A stretch of DNA of 60,387 nt, counting the filler, from Sphacelaria rigidula (lineage: Eukaryota), in NCBI GenBank assembly GCA_964200075.2. It is 9 parts of 9 records of this genome, joined end to end, with 100 filler letters (N's around TTAATTAATTAA, not from the genome) between each part and the next. Parts side by side here need not be neighbours in the genome. Positions count along the whole stretch, not along the records: positions 33,606 to 40,226 come from CAXNAA020019007.1; positions 40,327 to 46,947 come from CAXNAA020019008.1; positions 47,048 to 53,667 come from CAXNAA020019009.1; 6 more parts are not named here. One strand, written 5' to 3'. Of this stretch, positions 38,846 through 51,686 are shown one piece after another. The notes under the pieces are model-generated. The model was not told the DNA's origin and searched no databases. It saw only the letters and a program-made list of their open reading frames with translations. Position 1 is the first letter of the stretch. Every line of letters starts with the position of its first letter. Position numbers and translations under genes: made by a program.

Positions 38846-40597
38846 TGTCCGGCACTATCATGTACTCACTAAACCTTGACATATCTCTCCTACAAATATT
38901 TGTTCGTCGTTTATTCGGTTTCACCGAATGTCCGATTTGGTTGTATCACAGGCCCGAGAAGTAATGCCGTGTGCCAAGGAAATTAGCGCTGAAGACAGCA
39001 CTCCTACGTTGGGGTGTGTACTCAAGGTAGCGAACGCGTCGTCGATCCGCGTGTATACCCCCAGAGTCATGCCACGGTACGGGTTGCACGCTTGGGCCGA
39101 ATGATCCTCGTTGAGGGGCCCCTAAAGCTAGCAGCTACACAAAAATATGGATCAGGACACGTCCGCTTCGAAATTCAGCCGAGGTATCCCTAGCCCATCG
39201 AAATGTTAATCTTGACTTTCTCTAACATATTTGGGGAAAATGTTTTGGGGGCGAGACAACAAGCTCCAGCAATTCAAACCCGATATATATATCGTGCAAC
39301 CCTACCGTGGCATGACTCCCCCGCGGGTATTGATTTTCCTGAGTTGGCTTGACCATACTGAAGCACACGAGTTTCCGCAGTGATCAAAACACCATACAGC
39401 TGTTGAATGCTCACATTCGATTGAACCTGCCGTTGTTTGGTACTTGAGGGCATCAGGAAGCGATACACGTACACGTGCTTTACTCGCAATGGATAATGAA
39501 AGTCTTTGATAATATGAACAGTAACCAGTGATTGAGGCGTTGCTGTCTCGAATCGCTGTCTGGAATCTCATCGATTCGAAACAAACAAGTGAATGCACAA
39601 TGTGTGTTGTCGCAGATACCACCAGGTGCTTATCAGTCCGCCGTGGTGAACAGTCAGTACGACAGTTCGACGCGGTGGTATCTGCGACATCTTAACACAA
39701 TGTTATACTGTGTGACAGAAAGGGTTTTGCATGACGGTATCTATCTAGATATCGTATCGTTGTGCACTGCAGTTACACATTTTCTTCACTCTGCCAAGAA
39801 TTTCTGTCCGTGCTACTCGACCCATGCTAACGGGGTACCGTCCCTATAGTTATTTCGAATCCTATGCCGGGTTACTGTCCGTATGGGGAGAACAGTCCTC
39901 AGGTACTGACGTGCCACGTCAGCTGATCCCATGGCGCGTTTTACACATAACCCAGGGGTGCGTGAGGTTATAAAAGAGGGAGGTATATGCAAGGGTCTGT
40001 AAAGAATATATTCCGGCGCACGTAGGCCCCAATATCGAAAATTCGAGTTTTTGATGGGGGGGGACACACAGCCCGCTGTCCCCTAGTTTATTGCCGAGGC
40101 GTTGGCGGATGCGGTCAGCTGCCGTGTTCAGAGATCCTTAACATGGAGACCGCTGAGATGACGGACACACCGCCCCTCCAAGCTCATCACCTACCATGAT
40201 GATTTATGAGATCATGCTCCGTGTCGNNNNNNNNNNNNNNNNNNNNNNNNNNNNNNNNNNNNNNNNNNNNTTAATTAATTAANNNNNNNNNNNNNNNNNN
40301 NNNNNNNNNNNNNNNNNNNNNNNNNNGACCACTCTTTACTCCTCCATCCTCCCTTCCTTACCGTCTCTTTCTCGATCTCCTTCGAAATGTCACGGGGGGG
40401 GGGGCAATCCGGTTAGATCACCAGGATTTAGATCACCGAAGATCATTGTTCTGACATTCTCCGGCAATCTGGGCTCGAAATCACGGTACTTTCGGGTGCC
40501 GTGGAGCTGGATGATGGTCGGTCAGGAGCCGTTTGGTGCCATATTGGCGGTTACAGACTGGACTCCCGTGCTGGTATTAGGCCTCTACTGCATAAGG

Positions 40598-41536
40598 TAG
40601 AGTTATAACTGGCTGCCAGTTTAACTGACCACTTACACTTAACTGGTGCAACTGGTTAACTGATCGGTTTTGTAACCAGTTGAACCAGTTATTTCATCCG
40701 ACATATGTATCATACTCCAAAGTTTTCTGTGTATATACGTCATACTCAAGTCAATATCTCTGAAGTATTGTACTACAATGACCGTGGAGACGCTGTTACA
40801 GAGGCGAGTACATGACCGCACAGCGCACACACCTAGACGTAGACACGAATATCGCGGACAATATGTTCAAGAATGAATAAAAAATAGAGATTGGGCACGG
40901 ACAATTGTTGATTGAGTGGATCTGAAATGTGAAGCAAAACTTCGTTTTGTAGCGTTTGTTGTGTGTGCGTTGCTTTATTCTGTCGGCATCAAGCGTTATA
41001 AGCGGTCAGTGGTGGCTGGTCAGTGTGATACCGAAGCATGAGGATGAGTCGAGATTCCTGTTAATTTTCCCTGGCCAATGAAGTCACACTCAATAACGTC
41101 ACCAAGTTGTCGTGCTGCTAGTAGTTCCTGGCGCTCGGGTGGTACACGCCGAACGCTATGTATGCTGCACTACTGTCTCACCGCTTCGTTTTGTAATTCA
41201 CGTCGCAAAGTTCAGTGATATTTCTGTTTCCCCCATACATGTATATGTATTTTTTTGTGCACCGATTACGTGCTCAAATTGCTGGCACTAGCTAGGCGAC
41301 TAGAATGTACCGCAAATTTGAAGAGATGTCAAGCCAAATGGCGTAATTTTCTTGCCTCCGGCGGCCCCCCCTTACCAGCCGGGGGGGGGGCTGTTTACGC
41401 GACTCCGACAGCGTTGCCTTGCCAGGCAATGCTGACGGGGTCGCGGGGCGGTCATCCAGTTTTAACTGATGACTCTGTAAATTGGTGTAATTTTTGCAAC
41501 CAGTTAACTGGTTAGCCAAACCAGTTCACAACTCTA
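40598..41536. mobile_element. Non-autonomous hAT-type element (MITE), 939 bp
   Basis: TIRs tagagttataactgg and ccagttcacaactcta fit the hAT YARNG start. 8-bp TSD gcataagg (40590-97) / ccataagg (41537-44). Clustered subterminal aactgg/ccagtt motifs at both ends. Confidence 0.85.
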
Positions 41537-43865
41537 CCATAAGGTCTTGAAAAAACATGATATGTGATGAAACTATTAACGACCACGTGACACAGTTTTC
41601 TGGATGTGACGCATATACGAGCGTAAACCGAGGATATATATTGAAATGTGATCATTATTTTGCTGAAATATGAACAGTTTCCGTCAAAATTGCAAACTCA
41701 CGAAATTCTGACATGTTTGAAGGTGATTTATCGCAAAATTGTCCCTCCTTTCCCGTACGTACTCTCGCACTGATTCGCACTCCTGCCCTAGTGATGTGGC
41801 GATGCTAGTGGTGCATGATGAAATTTTAAATAGTTGAGTGAAAATCATGATTTTCTGAGATCGCACGTGTAGCGTATTTTTGTACTACGTAGTAATGTTT
41901 GTTTATCAAGTGGCATGGTGTAGGACTGTACGATAAACGACAGTTCTACACACATCGCTGCCTTCCTGAGCTATCGACAACTGTTCACCGACTACCGGAA
42001 TACAGGCAATGCGAGTAAGAAGTTTTGGTGATCGACGGCTTGCCACCGAAGTGATTTTTTTATGTCCTCGACTGCTTTGAGAGTTGAGACTGGTAATTCG
42101 GTGAGGACGCCGTACTTATATGCATGGATAGTGTATACCGACATATCAATAACCTTGAAGCGGATCTGGCCGCCAACGATATTCGGATCTCGTATCGGTT
42201 TCATTACCGGTATGACAAGCAGTGTGTAGGTGCGAGTTCTGCCCTAGTATTGGAAAAGTAAAGAGTGCTCGTCTGCATGTGTGGTGAGCGTGTACATCAA
42301 CTAGCAAGTGTAAAGGCGCCCCTCGTACAGAACCCACGGTCTCGGAAGGTCATTAGCGCATCAGAAATTGAGGAGATATGGCGCAAAATGACGTTTGCCG
42401 CTCAGAAAATTCCTCCCTGCGACGCTCCTGCGATGGGTTCGTCTCCGCCTCCGGCGGCCGCGGAAAGGCCTCCGTTTGAATGGGCGCTCGCATGAGCATT
42501 AGTGCTAATCCGTCCGGATGCCCGTCTTTTCTCTTGCACTGTGGCGTACATTCCTGTCATGTCTGCACTACAACACTGTGCCACATGGACAACACACGTA
42601 TGCGACTTAACAATAGCGTCGTGGATTGGTTGAATGGTGTGTGCGAAAAGCCAAACGACCGAGAGATACCAACAGCGCGTTATGGCTAACCGGTTTCCAC
42701 ACGGCACGCAACACGCGGCACCTCCAAGCAGCGCGCTGTGCGCCACGGCTACTGTGCAACATTTCAAATGTACTGTTTCAAGCATGGGGTCAAGGTTGGT
42801 TCTTGCTTTCCTGCATCACGTCAACCCATGAGCAACCTCCCTCATATAGTATGATCACGCTCCTTCTTCTGCCACGAACCCATGTTCGCGGTACATAACC
42901 CTTAGGACAGACAGCGGCTTGCTACGCGGAAGCATACTGACCGTACAATCGCGAACTGCTATGTATGTAGCGCTCTGATTTTTCACTCATCCCTGAATGT
43001 TTTCCTCTCTTCTCATTTCCAACTCCTTCTCCTTCCTCGGGACGAGTCCGTGGTGTCCAAGGATCAATCCATCTCCCCCCCGCTACACGCCTTACATTTT
43101 GATATAGCGGATTGGATCATGACTAACACTCCCGCACTGCGTCGACTGTCGCTTCACGAACTCGGCCGAACAAAGTGTTACGCACGTCCTCACGTCCTTA
43201 TGCTCTCCACGGCGGAAATCAGATGCTTGTAATGAAAAGCGGAAACTTTGGCGCGCTTGCGATTCTTGCAGCGGGAACACAGCGAAACCGATTCACTTGA
43301 TGAGATGTGTCAATGAAACCGGCTCCACATAATTTCGCCTTATTCACCTCCTTGGGTTTTCAACGGTCGCACAGCACCCGTCCCAGCATTACTTCAGATA
43401 TACTCTATATTTGCTTATTGTGTGTCTTTGTCGGGAGCTTTCCGCCCTCTCTATCACTCAATCCTGCCCCACACATTCGCGTGTGCAAGTGGATACTGGG
43501 ATGAGCTCGCCGATAATTTATTTCCGCCGAGGTGTTCCAGAAGAGGGCGAAATTTTCCAGTCACTTCGAGCCGCCGAACAGTTTGAAATGTGTTTTCAGT
43601 CTCTCGTCTACACAAGTGTCTGTGATGTGGACGGCGCGAAGGCTTCGAATGGGTTTGGTCGCGTGCCTGATGTGCGTTGTTCACCTCGCGTGTTTCACAG
43701 TTTCGAGCACATGCTAACTCCCACAAGAGCTTGCTCGTACTTTTACCGAGCGCACCCGAATGCTAACACGTCGTCTCCTATTGCCCGCCGTCTCAATTTC
43801 GCTTCGCCTGCACATGCACGTGTGTCGCTTATGTTTCACAATCTGTCTACAATTATAAAAAAAAG

Positions 43866-44296
43866 AGTACCAGTCGGGACAGGGGATCATGTCCCACACG
43901 GACGGCCCGTACTACGCGCCGCGAACCGCAACACTCAGCCTTGAAAGCGACGCGATTATGCACTTCTCCCCGCGATTAGCCGCCGCAGAGATAGGTCAGC
44001 CGGGCGTCAAAACCGGACCAGAGTTATCGGTTGTGCTGAGGGCGCGCTGTTTGGTAGTATTCGCGGAGGAGGCGTATTCCCGATTACTCCACGGTATCGA
44101 GGCTGTGAGTGAGGAGGTGGTGGGTGGCGCAGGGGTAGGAGGGGATGATGGCTCCGGCGCCGGGGGCGCCCCAGTGATCAACCTTGATGCTTGTGCTGTA
44201 GGCGGCGTGGGGGTGCGGGAAGGGGATCTGATAAAGAGGAAGTTGAGGGTATCCCTTACGTTCAGGAGGGTGTGTTGTGACTGCTCCAAGACGTAG
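43866..44296 (+). CDS. ALKBH6: AlkB-family 2OG-Fe(II) dioxygenase, ALKBH6-like, final exon
   Basis: aag|(E)YQSGQGIMSHTDGPYYAPRTATLSL...VLRARCLVVFAEEAYSRLLHGI...RVSLTFRRV*, with the HxD...H metal triad and RxSxTxR motif. Upstream exons not recognised. Confidence 0.85.
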
Positions 44297-45205
44297 GAAT
44301 GATAGAAAAGATCTTTATGTGTGATCGCTGAAGAGTCTGGCGATGCGGCTTGGGTAGTGATCAATGGAGGACAACTTGTACCGCTGAAAGTAGGTGGGGG
44401 TATCGTGCGTACAGTAGAGGTATGTTGATCAACCATCCGGTCCTCCGAAGGCTTGGGATATCCGCGGGAAACATAGACACGCCATGTAGGCAATACGGGC
44501 CGCTTCGGTGCAAAAATTCCAGAGCTTGCTTATCTCAAGCATGCGCTTCTCGCTCATCTTCAATTGAAACGCGGTATCGATACTGTAAAGATCATTGATT
44601 CAGGCGCGCCCAGTTGCGTTGGAACTAGCGATTGCAGTGGTGCTGGTGGAAAATGTCCGAGGGCGCACTCGGGCGAAATATACTGGTACGCAGATGTTAG
44701 CTTCGCTTCAGCCATGTAGCTCATGTAGGGGAACAAGCTTCTATGGAAGCAAAGAACTGGATATCCCACCGGTTGCTTTGCAGTACCGAGAGTTAGCCGT
44801 AGCCAAACAAAACCAGCTACATCATTCGGCAACACAAACCATGAAGGGCTGTGTGTGTGCACAATCGTCGGATGGGGGTTAGCTACAGGAAACGCCAATC
44901 TCACAGGCGTGCCTAGAGCACCCGCCTCCCACTAGAGAGATCATGTGAAGCCGCGTTCCCCAAACGAGCAAACTGGTCGAAGACAACAACCGAGTCATAC
45001 TTCCAGAGCATATGCTTCCAACCCGCTTCATGCTGTTCCGCAGCCAGGGTCCTGGACTTGAAAATGCCGCATACAATACTGGATTGAGGCCCTCCTCAAG
45101 AGTAAAAGAACATTTACTCACAGAACGCAAATACATACGCGCACGCATCACACACGCACACTCACACCACTGCGAAAAAAATGCATACTACTAGTAGCAA
45201 GCAGC

Positions 45206-45444
45206 TCAAAATTCATCATCTCCCCAGCCCTCGTCTTCGTCTTCATCGTCCTCCTCCTCCCCCGAATCGCCCCTGTCATCTGTTGCACCGTCCTCGGCGT
45301 CGTCTTCCCCCGAAGGCGCCACAGCCTTCTTGGGTGTGGCTTGTGGTCGCCGCCTTCCTGCCGGAGTGTCTAGCGCTGCTTGGAAATCTGTTGCCACGTC
45401 CGAATCCTGTATTTCGAGCAAGATGTTTATTTGCTTCTTTATCG
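45206..45444 (-). CDS. Probable terminal exon of an unidentified protein with an acidic tail
   Basis: ttttgtccag| acceptor, then IKKQINILLEIQDSDVATDFQAALDTP...GEEEDDEDEDEGWGDDEF*; convergent with the ALKBH6-like exon. Confidence 0.55.
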
Positions 45445-45735
45445 CTGGACAAAATATGCCGGGGGGATATGTGCACATTACTTGGGTGGCCTTCACTTTG
45501 CCATAGTTGATGACAGTAAATAGCTTGGGAATGCCACAACCGTAGCATATTCCACGTCGACAGTATCATGTTGGGAAAAAGTGGCGTGCATGTTTCGCAC
45601 TTTAGACAACGGACACAATAGTCTAATGCTTCACTAATGGATGCGGGGGGGGCGGGGGGAACCTATCGATATATACTGTTTATAGATCGTGAAATGTAGC
45701 TATGATATGTATTGCAAGCGTCAATCAATAGTATA

Positions 45736-46893
45736 TAGGCTTTAGTTCCGTATGCGCGCATAAAGTTTAGCTTAATTTCGTTTTTTTTAGCTTAAATAGG
45801 CCTGTTTAGCGCAAAGCTTATAATCGGCTTAATACGCTTGAAACGAGCTTAACTTGCTTAAAACGCGCATAAAGTTGTGATTTTTTTGCTCGCAAGTGCT
45901 CCATGTGGTGTAAGTCGTCACCAGACAGGCCGACAGGCGTCAGGCTTCAGGCTCAAACACTCAATACTTCATATTTCCATGGTCATGTTTCGTGTTCCTA
46001 TTTTGTTGCGGGTCTGATGAGTAGACTGCTCCACTTTATATTTAATACACACGGTACTATGTTGCTTTCGAAAATGTTACTAGATACAAAATAAATAATA
46101 CGCTTGTACTTTGTAGAGCAGACAGCAACCAGCAGTAGTAACGGCAGCACCAACAGAGAGAAGTGATATCGAGTTATGACAGCGTTTGTAAACCACGAGG
46201 TCACGGCGGGCCTACTGTCCGAGAAGGACGACTTTTTGGTCGCGGCCTCAGGCGCGCACTCGGAGTACGTTTTGCTGTCGTTTTGAGATGACAACAAGAA
46301 CAGGCTTCCCCGTTGGTATCTCGTGGCGATAGATATTGTACTTATCTAGCCATCGTCCGCGTCTATGGAGCGAGTGTTTTCGATTTCGAGGGGATGCTTG
46401 AACTCCCGGCAGGAGAAGGCGTTAGGTGGCCGGATCGGATCCGCAGTCATTATGATAAAGTACAATCGATACCGGTAGTTCGACAAGATTTTCAATTTCG
46501 ACTGACGGTAGATGATGCGGGGTGGTGGTGGTGGCTTGAAGCTTGTAGCTTGCCAGGCGAGAGGCCAAAGGTTGCAATGCCCTGTGTCTAGAGGCTACAA
46601 TGCCGTACTGCTGTATCAAGTATTGTAAGTGTAGTGGCGTTTGTTGTTTCCGCACGTGGGTTAGGTCGTAGGTGTGCAGGTTGTGGTCTCCAAACTCAAT
46701 AACTGAAGAAAAGTTTCATTTTTTTTTTTAATGAAAAATCAACAAAACTTCGAATGCCCAGCTTGTCGTCTTGTCCTCAAGCTAGAAGGTACGCCTCGTG
46801 AGGGGATACTGCCACAACGCCACAACAAGGACGGGAATAAGGCGCATAAAGCGCGCATAATATGAGCTAAAAAAGCTTAACCCTTTGGGAACT
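45736..46893 (+). mobile_element. Internally deleted hAT-like element with a pseudogenised transposase C-terminal (dimerisation) domain at about 46185-46478
   Basis: GLLSEKDDFLVAASG...LLSF*DDNKNRLPRWYLVAIDIVLI*PSSASMERVFS...RQEKAL...MIKYN carries the hAT PSSAxxERVFS motif. gcgcataa/gcttaa subterminal motifs at 45754-45872 and 46841-46880. The putative terminus taggctttag(t/c)t.cgtatgcgcg recurs at 53563. Confidence 0.75.
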
Positions 46894-48331
46894 CAAGTGC
46901 TGATTCTTGTTTTGTGAATCTTTGTGAATCGGCATCATTTTGACTTGNNNNNNNNNNNNNNNNNNNNNNNNNNNNNNNNNNNNNNNNNNNNTTAATTAAT
47001 TAANNNNNNNNNNNNNNNNNNNNNNNNNNNNNNNNNNNNNNNNNNNNGGCGTAAAACGACGTAAAAGCTCCAAAAACACACTTTTCCAGGTTTTTCTTTT
47101 GGTCTATTATAAGAAGCGGCCTCAGTAGACCTGAAGAAATGCGCGTAAACAATGGTTGGTACTTGAATTCAGACCGACGAAAGTTCTGAGAAAATTCACG
47201 ATTTGGGGCAGATGTGCCGTGGTGTGCAGTGGACGCAGCTCGTCCAAAACGTGTTTTCGTCCAAAATCAGCTCAAAGGCCTCAATTTCAGCTCTGGCAAC
47301 GCACAACTTGCTTCAGAAACACTTTGCACCGCCCTCGCCCGAGGGTTCTCGGTATGCCTTCATCAGGGTTAGGGTTAGAGTTAACATTAGGGTTGGCGGC
47401 ATCACCATAGTATCAACCATCATTTACGTACATTCTTCAGGTCCCCTTGACAAAATTTCATGGTCGAGATATCGTCAATCATAAAGCATCGGAGTTTACG
47501 CGAGTTTGTCGTAAAAAATTATGGTTGAAATTCATCTGATTTTTGTCATGGGCAATCGGATTTAGATCTTTGGAGGGCTGAGCAGTAAGTAGAGTTGACT
47601 CTTTGGCGGAGAAAGTAGGTCATCTGTTCAATCGGCATCAATTTCACTCGAAAAAAGAATTCAATATCGAGATGGACTACCCCCAGCGGTCAAGGGGGTG
47701 ACCACAGTTACGCTACGATCTTTCCGTAGTAAGCATTACTTGATATGACGTCCACCAACATCACCTCTTGCCTAGAAAAGGCTGTGCACTTCTCTTGCTC
47801 GAGGGTTCTCGGTAATTTTGAGGGTTAGGGTTGCTATAGTTGTAAAATATGTCAACCATGGGTAAGATATAGCCCAACTCCGATTAACCCACCTCCAGCG
47901 AGAAGAGTGATCACATTACACTTTGCGGAGGACATCGTGTGAACCGCCCTTGCGAGGGGAGTCTCGGCAAGTCAAACGTCGGGGTTAGGGTTTCAACCCT
48001 TAGACCGCGATGCGGGTAGTCCATCTAAATGACACATACCTGACGCCGATTTAGGAGGTGAACGAACTATCCTCGCGGTCAAAGGGTTGGGAATCTAGAA
48101 TGTGTCAAGAATGGAAATTTGGTTTGTACACCACCCACACAACAAAAGGCCAAGTGCACCAACTGAAAAGGCCCCAGAGCTCTCGCTTTCGAGGGACATT
48201 TTACAGCTAGTGGCGCACAAATCCATTTTTTCACCACACGTTGTGAGCATCCAAGTGATCCAGACAAAATGGAACAACTTGTGTACTCCACACAAAAAGT
48301 GGCCATCATCACGCGGTTGTTGAGATCATAC

Positions 48332-51300
48332 CTGGCATGTGGTTCGACAGGACACCCCAGTTCTTGTAGCCCGAGCACGCGAGCTTCATGAGAACGGCGT
48401 CCTCTTTGGCGCTCCACTGCCCTTTTACCAGACCCGGACGTAGGACCTACGAGCAGCAGATATTTCAAGACAAAGGGGTATCACTGTTTTTGTAGACGGG
48501 CGACATGATCCTCTCATTTGGTGTGGGAGGATTAACCGCCGCAGACCTTTGGAACGGTACAAGAACCATAAGCTGATAGGTTCGCCGCCGCTCTACCGGG
48601 CTGAGTGCACGAGGGACACATGTGTTTCGTCGCGTGAAGGGACCAGGACTAGGCAGTAGGCGTCACGAGAAAGTAGACGAAATTTGAGGCGCTAAGTTTG
48701 AGGTGCTAGCAACTGATGGGTGCAAGGTGGGGGCTTCGGAGTTTTTCTGCGATGGAGGGATAGTTTTCCTATTCCACACGTCGCACGACACCCGGTGATC
48801 CCTTATCCCATGAAGTGAACCCTTCGACCTACAAGGTGCTAGACTCATTTTTCAAATTGAAAATCATATCTCGATCTCACAGACGACCCACCGTCAGGCG
48901 GTCAATCAACATTTTGACTCCGGGACAAGTTCACTCGGTCGAGTTGGTGCACATACACCAGCACACCACGTTAACTGTTTCTTCTGAACGATTGCTTTTG
49001 CAGTAGGATCTCCAACTCCTCGCTGTCAAAGGGTCACCCCTTTGACCACCAACCAGTAATCTTGAATGAACTGCTCCTGCAGCAAGGATCCCCAAATTCG
49101 TGGCGGCGAATGGCTAAACTCAAACTCAGGTCCGCATTTTGCTTCATCTTCGACGTGCTCTGTTCTCTAGAACATCTGAATTACGATATCAATCTCATTC
49201 GTTCACGCCACAATCATGGATGTGGGGGATCAGTTCATGTGTGAAAACCAGTCTATTCATCATATGTCGAGGGGAGGCGGGGTGAAACTAAACAAAAGAC
49301 TTGCGACAGTGGCGATACGAAGTGCAAGAGCAGCACAATATATCAATCGCGACGTTCGACTTTCCTGGGGGGGATGCGATGAACACCTACGCCGTACCAA
49401 GATTGCGTTCCACGTGGAACATCCCCTTTCTACGCCGCCAAGAGCAACACGCACTCCGTGAGTTTGAACACTCGGATCAGTGCACGGGCGGTCAGTATGT
49501 GAACTCGTATATGTAGCCATAAATGTGTTCTACCGCCGTCGAAACCTGAAACCTGCCGGAAGACTGGTGAATAAAAGCACATCGCCGCGACAATCCTCTC
49601 CACACCACAACAGTAGTACAGTACAGGTACATCACTCCCGCAACACAACCGTGTATCCTGGATCAAGCCCACCTTCTTCCATCGCTGCAGGCACTGCACG
49701 TGGTTGCGAGAGCCCACTTCGGCGGCGATAGCCTTCCAGTTCGCCTCGCCGTGCTGCTTGACCGACTCTGACAACCGGCGATCTTCGCAAGGCTGCCAGC
49801 GTCGGGGTTTTTGGTTCGATGACTTCTTAGCCCCGCCGGGCGCGGAGGAGGATTCCGCGTACTCTTCTTCGTCAGAGGTCTCATCCGTGGTATACTCAGA
49901 TTCTTCCGATGACAGTCTAAAGGCGGGCGGGCAGGCGGGCGGTAGCGGCGGCGGCCGCGTGGGGGAAGGGGGGGGGGAATTGTCAACAAGCTTTTATATA
50001 CCGTTTTTTTTTTTTTATGAAACTGCGGGTTTCTAGAATGATTTTGATTTTGTCCATGGCGGGACGACAAATTAGGTTGAATCAACATGGAAATCCGATC
50101 ACACCTCAATTGCTTCAATTGGGCGGGGGCCGGCTAGCAACCTTCAGAGCAGTTCATGCGCGTGTTTGGGCACGGGTCAGTGCGATGGCGCACGGCATAG
50201 AGCGGACTGCGGGGGAAACAGGGTGGGGAGCATGGATGCCTAAAAAGCACCTGATGTTCCATGTCTGAACCTCTTGAATTACCTACATCCACTTTGCAGT
50301 TCAGTCGGCGCATACAAATCCTTTGCTCGTACATACACTTATTCTCGTAACGGTCAGAGTACGTACCATGCTGAACGCGAGGTCTCATGAGCGTGTTGTT
50401 TGCGGCGACTATCGATATGCGCCGAGCGATAGAGCCAGAAAAACGTCGTAGCTTGGGAATGGGGGCAGAAGGGGGTACAAACTTTCGCGCGAGTGCGAGA
50501 CGCGACGCTTTCACACCATCCCCAAAAACTAGATACCGCAAGTACACCGCACACATGGAACGTTGCGGAGATGTTCCTCCAGGAACAAAATATGATGACA
50601 AGGAGACACGCGACACATGCACATGTGGTGCATCGAGGGGGAGGTAGAGGGGTTATTCGTGACAGGGCACATCTGATTCGTTCACGACTACCATCGAATA
50701 AGAGGTCGCAGTATGCCGCCTAATGTGCTTATCGTCACGATTCCCCCGCTTCCTTTTAACCAGCACCTCGTGAGGTTAGGGGTGTATACCGACTTGCAAG
50801 CATCAAGTTCCTGATACCCGTGAACGTTCTATATTTTTTCATCAGAGGGGTATATTGCCCGCCTGCACACAAGTGTACAATGATCATTACTTACAGGCAG
50901 TAAAGGTTATGAGCGCTGATTGCGACTATTTTCACCGCATACATGAAACAAAAATCAACACCGACACCGACGGGGGGAAGAAACTCTGTTCGCAATCATA
51001 AATGAAAGCGACGTGTCTTCATATCAATCTGACGAGGACGTGCCCCACGGTACAACGTTTACATGGCGAGCTGCATGCATCCAACCACGGTTTCACGCCG
51101 GAAGGACGGTACGACACACGACGGCACACACGCGATTTGTCATGCCGAATCAACCGCAAAATTAACATGTCGAAAGTAATCCTGTATGGCAGGTGGCGAC
51201 ATTTGCGACACGCTCGTCTTCCAAAATAAGCCGAGTCGATGTTCAGTGCGATGACCGCGAGGGAAGGGGGCGGAGCGGGGGGCGGGGGGGAGGGGGGGGG

Positions 51301-51686
51301 AGGCATGGGGGGAACCTCAAGAGCCGTGGTTCATAAGGTAAACGACTAGATGGTCCTCCAGTGATTGCATCTACTCAGTCACTTGATTTGTAATTATTTT
51401 CGCGTGAAAACTGATTACTTTGGGCCCGATTGGGGTGTATTTTACCCTGAAGGGTCTGCAAGGTTAGTACACTTGAAGCCCAGATCGGGCCTTGGAGAAT
51501 TGGATGTTCAACATCTGTCCACAAGTCCACCAAGCCAGCGGAGCAAGCACAGCCGTCTAGCGCACCGTACCTGCGAGAGCGGGGTCGTGCGAGTAGATGC
51601 TCCCCTGAGTTTTGGCGTTTCGGGCGCTCCATCAGCTCGTCGTTGTCGTGCTGGACCATCTCGTTCGGGCGTTTCGGCTGCACCAT
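48332..51686 (-). CDS. Multi-repeat MYB transcription factor (probably 3R-MYB-like); exons 51686-51571, 49916-49673, 48446-48332; 3' partial
   Basis: PRRWQPCEDRRLSESVKQHGEANWKAIAAEVGSRNHVQCLQRWKK|VLRPGLVKGQWSAKEDAVLMKLACSGYKNWGVLSNHMPG, with GT-AG boundaries in phase. The first exon (MVQPKR...RSR) is joined on phase only. Confidence 0.9.
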
